DNA from: an uncultured Arenimonas sp.
GTDB taxonomy: Bacteria; Pseudomonadota; Gammaproteobacteria; Xanthomonadales; Xanthomonadaceae
Assembly: GCA_964584915.1 (NCBI GenBank)
Contig: CAZPCE010000003.1
Location: 8,156 to 42,115, forward strand
Direction: 5' to 3'
DNA length: 33,960 bases
Shown: piece after piece, positions 27,858-33,960 of the stretch
Layout: the number at the start of each line of letters is the position of its first letter
Position numbering within the stretch: the stretch's first letter is position 1
Made by a program: the position numbers and the translations under genes
Notes under the pieces: generated by a model
Databases searched by the model: none
Told to the model about the DNA's origin: nothing
The model's input: only the letters and a program-made list of their open reading frames with translations

Positions 27858-29321
27858 ATGACTAGCCCCGCCGTAACGTCGGTAGCACTGCTTTTCGGTG
27901 CCGGCGGCGATCTTGCAACACGCATGCTCTGGCCGTCGCTGCACCATTTATATACTGAAGGATTATTGCCGCCCGGGTTGAAGATGATCGGCAGCGGCCG
28001 CTCGTCGCAAACCTCCGAGGATTTTCGTACGGAACTGAAATCCTCATTGAAACAATTCGGCCACAAGAAAGCGCATACCGATGAAAACATCGATGCGTTT
28101 CTGCAACAAGTCCATTACGTCACCATAGATGTAAACGATGCCGGCGCATTCGAAAAACTGAAGGAACATATTCCAGGCGATGCCGAACTGCTTTGCTACC
28201 TTTCGACTTCGCCTGCGCTTTACACCACGATTTGCCGCAACCTGCACCAGGCAAAACTGGTAACGCCGTCGACCCGGCTGATTCTGGAAAAGCCGATAGG
28301 CCACGACCTGAAAACCAGCCTGGAAATTTCCAATGCCGTCGCCGAAATTTTCGATGAAAGACAGACTTACCGGATTGACCATTATCTCGGCAAGGAAACC
28401 GTGCAGAACCTGCTCGCATTACGGTTCGCCAATTGTCTGTTCGAACCGATCTGGAATGCGAACACGATCGATCATGTTCAAATTACCGTTTCCGAGACCG
28501 TCGGACTTGAAGGCCGCCGGGGGTATTACAACGATGCCGGTGCGTTGCGCGATATGGTGCAGAACCATATCCTGCAAACACTCGCGTTGCTGACAATGGA
28601 ACCGCCATCGAGTCTATCGCCCGACGCGGTTCGCAATGAAAAGGTAAAAGTGCTGCAAAGCCTGCGCCCGATCAACGCAAACAATGTCCACAAGACGACC
28701 GTTGCCGGACAGTACGTTGCAGGCGCATACGATAACGCTCCAGTTCCGGGCTATTTGCAGGAAACCGGCGCCGTACTTGGCAGCAAAACGGAAACCTTCG
28801 TTGCTATCCAGGCGCATATCGACAACTGGCGCTGGAAAGGCGTTCCGTTTTTCCTGATGACCGGAAAACGCATGGCGACGCGCTATACCGAAATCATCGT
28901 GCAGTTCCGCCAGGTGCCGCATAATATTTTTGAAAGCAGCGGCAACAATATGGTGAAACCGAATCGCCTGGTGATCCGTCTGCAGCCGGAAGAAACCATC
29001 ACGCTGGAATTGATGAACAAGGAACCGGGACTTTACGGCGTGCAACTGCATCCGGTCGGGCTCAATCTGTCGTTGACCGAAGCCTTCGAAACACCGCGCC
29101 AACGGATAGCCTACGAGCGTTTGTTGCTCGATGCGATCAACGGAAACTCGACCTTGTTTGTCCGCCGCGATGAACTGGAAGCGGCATGGTCGTGGATTGA
29201 CGGCATTCACCGCGCCTGGCAAGACGCCGGCATCAAGCCAAAACTCTATGCCGCAGGCACGATGGGTCCGGAAGAAGCGGAAGAACTGAAACAACGATCA
29301 AAGGCACATTGGGATGATTGA
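27858..29321 (+). CDS. zwf: Glucose-6-phosphate 1-dehydrogenase
   Basis: FGAGGDLA, LEKPIG, YRIDHYLGKE, DMVQNH, RWKGVPF, AYERLL. Confidence 0.97.
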   Translation: MTSPAVTSVALLFGAGGDLATRMLWPSLHHLYTEGLLPPGLKMIGSGRSSQTSEDFRTELKSSLKQFGHKKAHTDENIDAFLQQVHYVTIDVNDAGAFEKLKEHIPGDAELLCYLSTSPALYTTICRNLHQAKLVTPSTRLILEKPIGHDLKTSLEISNAVAEIFDERQTYRIDHYLGKETVQNLLALRFANCLFEPIWNANTIDHVQITVSETVGLEGRRGYYNDAGALRDMVQNHILQTLALLTMEPPSSLSPDAVRNEKVKVLQSLRPINANNVHKTTVAGQYVAGAYDNAPVPGYLQETGAVLGSKTETFVAIQAHIDNWRWKGVPFFLMTGKRMATRYTEIIVQFRQVPHNIFESSGNNMVKPNRLVIRLQPEETITLELMNKEPGLYGVQLHPVGLNLSLTEAFETPRQRIAYERLLLDAINGNSTLFVRRDELEAAWSWIDGIHRAWQDAGIKPKLYAAGTMGPEEAEELKQRSKAHWDD

Positions 29322-30027
29322 CAGTCCGGACGCATGGCACGAGTTTGCTGATCGCGAACAATTCAACGAAGCATTGACGCAAAGATTGGCTGACAGTTTG
29401 CAATCGGCGAGTTTGTCGCAAGCGCATGTGTTGCTTGGGCTGTCCGGCGGAACAACGCCGATGCCTGCGTATCGTGCGCTTTCGCAAAAAGAATTGGCAT
29501 GGAACAGGATCAGGTTGCTGCTGGTTGACGAGCGCTGGGTAGCCAATACTCATGCCGACAGTAACGAACGAAACATACGCGAAGCCTTTGCCGGCAATGC
29601 CGTTGCCGAAAAAAACATTGTCGGACTCTGGTCTGATAAAGCCGATCTCGAATCGGCAGCCATTGCCGCCGACCAGAAGCTCGCTGCCATCAACGAAGTG
29701 ATGGATATCGTCGTGCTGGGTATGGGCGAAGATGGACATTTCGCTTCGTTTTTTCCGACCGGCAAGGAATTCAACAATGCTATCTCGACAACGGGCTCGC
29801 GCTTCGTGCTGCCCATCAGCCCGATGCCGGATCACGCACCGCATCCACGTTTGACGATGAGCCTGGCGTATATTCAACGTGCGAAGCGTATTATTCTGGC
29901 CATCACCGGCGAGAAAAAACGCCTGGTCCTGAAACAGGCAATCGCCGAAGGCGATGCGCGCCGGTTGCCGATTGCCGCATTGTTCAAGACGAATTCGCCG
30001 GCCGTGGAAATTTACTGGAGCAAATAA
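29314..30027 (+). CDS. pgl: 6-phosphogluconolactonase
   Basis: LSGGTTP, VDERWV, SN, LGMGEDGHFAS, PRLTMS, ITGEKK. Confidence 0.95.
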   Translation: MIDSPDAWHEFADREQFNEALTQRLADSLQSASLSQAHVLLGLSGGTTPMPAYRALSQKELAWNRIRLLLVDERWVANTHADSNERNIREAFAGNAVAEKNIVGLWSDKADLESAAIAADQKLAAINEVMDIVVLGMGEDGHFASFFPTGKEFNNAISTTGSRFVLPISPMPDHAPHPRLTMSLAYIQRAKRIILAITGEKKRLVLKQAIAEGDARRLPIAALFKTNSPAVEIYWSK

Positions 30028-31842
30028 GTGGCACTCAATACCGTTATCGCTGAAGTTACTCAGCGAATAGAACAACGCAGTCGCGATTTGCGCCATGACT
30101 ACGAAACTCGCATGCGCGCGGCAAAACCGAATGGCCCTGCGCGGGGTCGCTTGTCCTGCTCCAATCTTGCCCATGTCATCGCCGCTGCCGGCACCGACAA
30201 AGACGCACTGAAAGTCGCGGCCTGGCCAAACCTCGGCATCGTCACTGCCTTCAACGACATGCTGTCGGCACATCAGCCGTTCGAAAAATTCCCCGCCATC
30301 ATCCGCAACGCCGCAAGAAACGTTCGCGCCACCGCGCAAGTCGCCGGTGGCGTACCCGCGATGTGCGATGGTGTTACACAGGGGCAACCCGGCATGGAGC
30401 TTTCGCTGTTCAGTCGCGACGTGATTGCGATGGCGACGGCGGTATCGCTCAGCCATGATTCTTTCGATGCCGCATTGCTGCTCGGCGTCTGCGACAAGAT
30501 CGTACCAGGCCTGTTCATGGGCGCCGCCGCTTTCGGGCATTTGCCAATCTTGTTTGTACCGGCCGGCCCCATGCCATCTGGCATTCCCAACCCGCAAAAA
30601 GCGAAAGTTCGCCAGTTGTACGCCGAAGGCAAAGCGACGCGCGAAGAATTGCTGGAAGCCGAAGCCGGTTCGTATCACGCACCTGGTACCTGCACGTTTT
30701 ACGGCACCGCCAATTCAAACCAGATGCTGATGGAGTTGATGGGCCTGCATGTTCCCGGCAGTGCATTCATTCCGCCGAATACACCTTTGCGCACCGCGCT
30801 TACCGAAGCCGCGGTCGAACGCGCGGCGAAAACAACGGCACTCAATGAAGCAAACTACCTGCCTTTCGCCGAAGTGATCGATGCACGCTCGATCGTGAAT
30901 GCCGTTGTCGGCCTGATGGCGACAGGCGGTTCCACCAATCATATGTTGCACCTGATCGCGATGGCACGCGCGGTCGGCATTCGTCTTACCTTGCACGACA
31001 TGGCGGACATTTCCGCCGCCACACCCTTGATGGCAAGGATTTATCCGAACGGTGTCGCCGACGTAAACGGTTTTCATGCGGCGGGTGGCATGGCATTCGT
31101 CGTACGTGAATTGATCGATGCCGGTCTGGTACATGCCGACGTGAATACCGTCTGGGGCAAGGGTCTGGAGCATTACGCGAAAGAACCGGTCTTGATCGAC
31201 GACAAACTGGTTTGGCGCGATCCACCCGAACTCTCCGGCAACACCGAAATTCTCAGATCGTTGTCAGAACCCTTCACTCCCGATGGCGGATTGCGAATCG
31301 TCTCAGGCAATCTGGGCCAAGGCGTGATCAAGGTGTCGGCGGTGAAACCAGAACATCACATCGTGCAGGCACCAGCCCGCGTGTTCGACGACCAGGAAGA
31401 TTTTGCACGTGCGTTCAAGGCAAAAGACATCACCGGCGACGTCATCGCTGTCGTGCGTTTCCAAGGGCCAAGCACCAACGGCATGCCGGAACTGCACCAA
31501 CTCACGCCCTTGCTTTCGAGCTTGCAAGACAAGGGCCATAGCGTTGCACTGATTACCGATGGTCGCATGTCGGGTGCGTCGGGCAAGATTCCGGCGGCGA
31601 TTCACATCACGCCGAGCGCCGATAAAAACGGCCCGCTTGCTCGTGTCCGCGACGGCGATTTGATTTGCCTGAATGCAGTGACCGGTGAGCTGAGCGTATT
31701 GGTGAATGATGAAGAATTTTCAGCTCGTCCATCGGCTACGATGTCGAATACACCGCACCATCATGGTTTCGGCCGCGAGCTGTTTGCGAACTTCCGTGCG
31801 ATCGTCGGCTCGGCCGATGAAGGCGCCAGTGTTTTATTCTAG
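30028..31842 (+). CDS. edd: Phosphogluconate dehydratase
   Basis: [66 protein letters not shown] start directly after the pgl stop. Confidence 0.97.
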   Translation: MALNTVIAEVTQRIEQRSRDLRHDYETRMRAAKPNGPARGRLSCSNLAHVIAAAGTDKDALKVAAWPNLGIVTAFNDMLSAHQPFEKFPAIIRNAARNVRATAQVAGGVPAMCDGVTQGQPGMELSLFSRDVIAMATAVSLSHDSFDAALLLGVCDKIVPGLFMGAAAFGHLPILFVPAGPMPSGIPNPQKAKVRQLYAEGKATREELLEAEAGSYHAPGTCTFYGTANSNQMLMELMGLHVPGSAFIPPNTPLRTALTEAAVERAAKTTALNEANYLPFAEVIDARSIVNAVVGLMATGGSTNHMLHLIAMARAVGIRLTLHDMADISAATPLMARIYPNGVADVNGFHAAGGMAFVVRELIDAGLVHADVNTVWGKGLEHYAKEPVLIDDKLVWRDPPELSGNTEILRSLSEPFTPDGGLRIVSGNLGQGVIKVSAVKPEHHIVQAPARVFDDQEDFARAFKAKDITGDVIAVVRFQGPSTNGMPELHQLTPLLSSLQDKGHSVALITDGRMSGASGKIPAAIHITPSADKNGPLARVRDGDLICLNAVTGELSVLVNDEEFSARPSATMSNTPHHHGFGRELFANFRAIVGSADEGASVLF

Positions 31843-31863
31843 ATTTCTTGATTTGGATATTGA

Positions 31864-32502
31864 ATGAAAAAAATCATTGACGATTTCCGTCGCGCTTCAC
31901 CGGTGATTCCGGTCGTCGTGATCGACAATCCCGACCATGCCGTGCCATTGGCGAATGCCTTGCTGGAAGGCGGCATTACGGTTATCGAAGTCACCTTGCG
32001 CAGCGAGGCCGCATTGAAAAGCATTGAACGCATCGCGCGTGATGTACCGCAAATCCAGATTGCCGTCGGCACCGTGACCAATGCCGAACAATTACAGGCG
32101 GCCGCAACGGCGGGTGCCCGGATCGCGATTTCGCCCGGATTGACCGAAAAACTGGTGACGTCGGCGCAAACGATAAAACTGCCCCTGCTTCCGGGCATCG
32201 CCAGCGCATCGGATTTGATGCGGGGCATGGAAGCCGGTTTGCATCAATTCAAGCTGTTCCCGGCCTCGGTCATCAATGGCATTGAGCTAGCAAAGGCGCT
32301 TTACGGCCCGTTTCCGGACGTCCGCTTCTGCCCGACCGGCGGAATCAGTCTGGAAACAGCCCCGAACTATCTGGCTGTGGCCAATATTCTTTGCATCGGC
32401 GCCTCCTGGGTCGCAAGCCGGGAAGATATCCAGAACCTGCAATGGCAGGCGATCACGGACAAAGCCGCAAAAGCCGCAAAACTGCGACCCCAACAAGCTT
32501 AA
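31864..32502 (+). CDS. eda: KDPG / KHG aldolase
   Basis: PVIPV, IEVTLR, GTV, ISPG, FKLFPA (Schiff-base Lys), FCPTGGI. Confidence 0.96.
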   Translation: MKKIIDDFRRASPVIPVVVIDNPDHAVPLANALLEGGITVIEVTLRSEAALKSIERIARDVPQIQIAVGTVTNAEQLQAAATAGARIAISPGLTEKLVTSAQTIKLPLLPGIASASDLMRGMEAGLHQFKLFPASVINGIELAKALYGPFPDVRFCPTGGISLETAPNYLAVANILCIGASWVASREDIQNLQWQAITDKAAKAAKLRPQQA

Positions 32503-32515
32503 ACCCAGCAAATAC

Positions 32516-32545
32516 TTGCCTTTGGCGCTGCGGGCCCGCTATAAT
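32516..32545 (+). promoter_or_regulatory. Sigma70 promoter of rpsB-tsf
   Basis: TTGCCT (32516-21), 18-bp spacer, TATAAT (32540-45), followed by the GC-rich discriminator CGCGGGC typical of stringently controlled promoters. Confidence 0.75.
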
Positions 32546-32603
32546 CGCGGGCTTGCTAGGGGCTTGCCCTGAAGCCGTCCACGCCGAACGTTATCGGTGA
32601 ATT

Positions 32604-32682
32604 CACACACATGGAAGATTCCCGTCCCGGGGTGCCTGGTTTACCAGGTTCGGAACGGAGCCTATGTGGAGGCCCAACCCCG
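32604..32682 (+). ncRNA. rpsB 5' leader (t44/tff-like S2 autoregulatory element)
   Basis: CACACAC..CCGGGGTGCC..stem..GGTTCGG..ATGTGGAGGCCCAACCCC follows the conserved pattern of the gammaproteobacterial t44 leader upstream of rpsB. Confidence 0.8.
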
Positions 32683-32728
32683 AAATCATTGCCTGACCGC
32701 CTTGGTTTCATTTATTTAGGAGCATCAC

Positions 32729-33583
32729 ATGCCCCAGGTCACTATGCGTCAAATGCTGGAAGCCGGCGTTCACTTCGGCCACCAAACCCGTTACTGGAAT
32801 CCAAAAATGGGCCCGTTCATCTTCGGCGCCCGCGGCAAGATTCACATCATCAATCTCGAAAAAACCATGCCTTTGTTCAATGACGCGATGAATTTCATCT
32901 CGGCCATCGCACAAAAGCGCGGCACCATCCTGTTCGTCGGCACCAAGCGTTCGGCCCGCGATTCGATCAAGGAAGAAGCCACCCGTTGCGGCATGCCTTA
33001 CATGAGCATGCGCTGGTTGGGCGGCACACTGACCAACTTCCGTACCGTCAAAGCGTCGGTTGCCCGTTTGAAAGAACTGGAAGCCAACGAAACCAACGGC
33101 GTGTTCGAAAAAATGGTCAAGCACGAAGTGCTCAGCCTGCGTCGCGAACGCGACAAGCTGGAAGCTTCGCTGGGCGGCATCAAGGACATGAACCGTCTGC
33201 CTGACGCTTTGTTCGTTATCGACATCGGCCACGAAGACATCGCCGTGCAGGAAGCCAAGAAACTCGGCATTCCAGTCATCGCCGTTGTCGATACCAACTA
33301 CGACCCTAACCTCGTTGACTACGCAATTCCCGGCAACGACGACGCCATCCGCGCCGTGCAACTGTATGTTCGCGCCGCTGCTGACGGCGTGCTGGAAGGC
33401 AAAGCAGCCGCTCCGCAAATGGCGGCCCGCGATGACGAATTCGTTGAATTGGACGCCGAAGGCAACCCGATGGCGAAAGAAGACAAGAAAGGCGCTCCAC
33501 GCCGTGCACCGGCTCCTGCAAAGAAAGGCGCACCACGCCGTGACGGCGCTGCTCCACGCGCCGACAAACGCGACGCCAAGTAA
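32729..33583 (+). CDS. rpsB: 30S ribosomal protein S2
   Basis: [47 protein letters not shown]. Confidence 0.99.
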   Translation: MPQVTMRQMLEAGVHFGHQTRYWNPKMGPFIFGARGKIHIINLEKTMPLFNDAMNFISAIAQKRGTILFVGTKRSARDSIKEEATRCGMPYMSMRWLGGTLTNFRTVKASVARLKELEANETNGVFEKMVKHEVLSLRRERDKLEASLGGIKDMNRLPDALFVIDIGHEDIAVQEAKKLGIPVIAVVDTNYDPNLVDYAIPGNDDAIRAVQLYVRAAADGVLEGKAAAPQMAARDDEFVELDAEGNPMAKEDKKGAPRRAPAPAKKGAPRRDGAAPRADKRDAK

Positions 33584-33615
33584 TTCGCAACTCGCTTTAA
33601 GTTAGTCACATACAC

Positions 33616-33639
33616 ACGCGGCAGCTTCGGCTGCCGTGT
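33616..33639 (+). terminator. Stable hairpin (possible attenuator or processing signal) between rpsB and tsf
   Basis: ACGCGGCAGC-TTCG-GCTGCCGTGT with a cUUCGg tetraloop and only a weak U-tract. Confidence 0.55.
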
Positions 33640-33667
33640 TGTCATTTAGAAATCAGAGAGGAAACAC

Positions 33668-33960
33668 ATGGAAATTACAGCCGGTTTAGTAAAAGAACTG
33701 CGCGAGCGCTCCGGCGCCGGCATGATGGAATGCAAAAAAGCACTTTCAGTCAATGCCGGTGACATCGATGCCGCTATGGAATATCTGCGTAAAACGGGTT
33801 TGGCCAAGGCCGACAAGAAATCCGATCGCGTTGCTGCCGAAGGCCGCATTGAAATGGCTTCGGCTGGCGGCAAGGCCGCGCTGGTCGAAATCAACTCGGA
33901 AACCGATTTCGTCGCCAAAGACGAAAACTGCCTGAAATTCACCCAAGTGGTTGCCAAGGC
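33668..33960 (+). CDS. tsf: Elongation factor Ts (5' part, truncated by the window)
   Basis: Manual translation [65 protein letters not shown]. Confidence 0.98.
   Translation, partial: MEITAGLVKELRERSGAGMMECKKALSVNAGDIDAAMEYLRKTGLAKADKKSDRVAAEGRIEMASAGGKAALVEINSETDFVAKDENCLKFTQVVAK

Noticed and set aside
29233-30678. 481-aa antisense ORF (also 18770-19945, 3362-4318, 24795-25730, 32708-33418 and others)
   Set aside because: These lie opposite well-conserved genes, show no recognisable motifs, and are expected from codon bias in moderately GC-rich DNA.
1-33960. CRISPR arrays, tRNA/rRNA genes, IS elements, integrases, prophage or defence genes
   Set aside because: No regularly spaced repeats, RNA gene signatures or such protein motifs were seen, and coding space is fully accounted for.

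Overview
A ~32.5 kb starch/maltodextrin utilisation island followed by the rpsB-tsf housekeeping operon of a proteobacterium. The RpsB sequence and leader look gammaproteobacterial, possibly Xanthomonadales-like (inference). Left to right: maltodextrin/glycogen phosphorylase (-, runs off the window), malK-malE-malF-malG, a tryptophan-halogenase-family flavoprotein, a CPA2 cation/H+ antiporter and a multidomain GH13. Convergent with these are a TonB-dependent receptor, an alpha-amylase and an aldo/keto reductase. Next come a glucokinase-HexR(RpiR) fusion, an exported alpha/beta esterase, a DUF6445-like HxD..H dioxygenase-like protein and a convergent GH13_36-like amylase. A pullulanase-glk-zwf-pgl-edd-eda operon closes the island. 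All three divergent promoter regions carry HexR-type TGTAG-N5-YTACA palindromes, and in two of them the pair is spaced exactly 85 bp. Two REPIN-like GTAG inverted pairs sit between convergent genes and supply their stop codons. The most intriguing part is a set of genes not explained by starch catabolism (halogenase, antiporter, 2OG-Fe(II)-like protein, esterase, AKR) that is embedded in, and apparently co-regulated with, the sugar locus.
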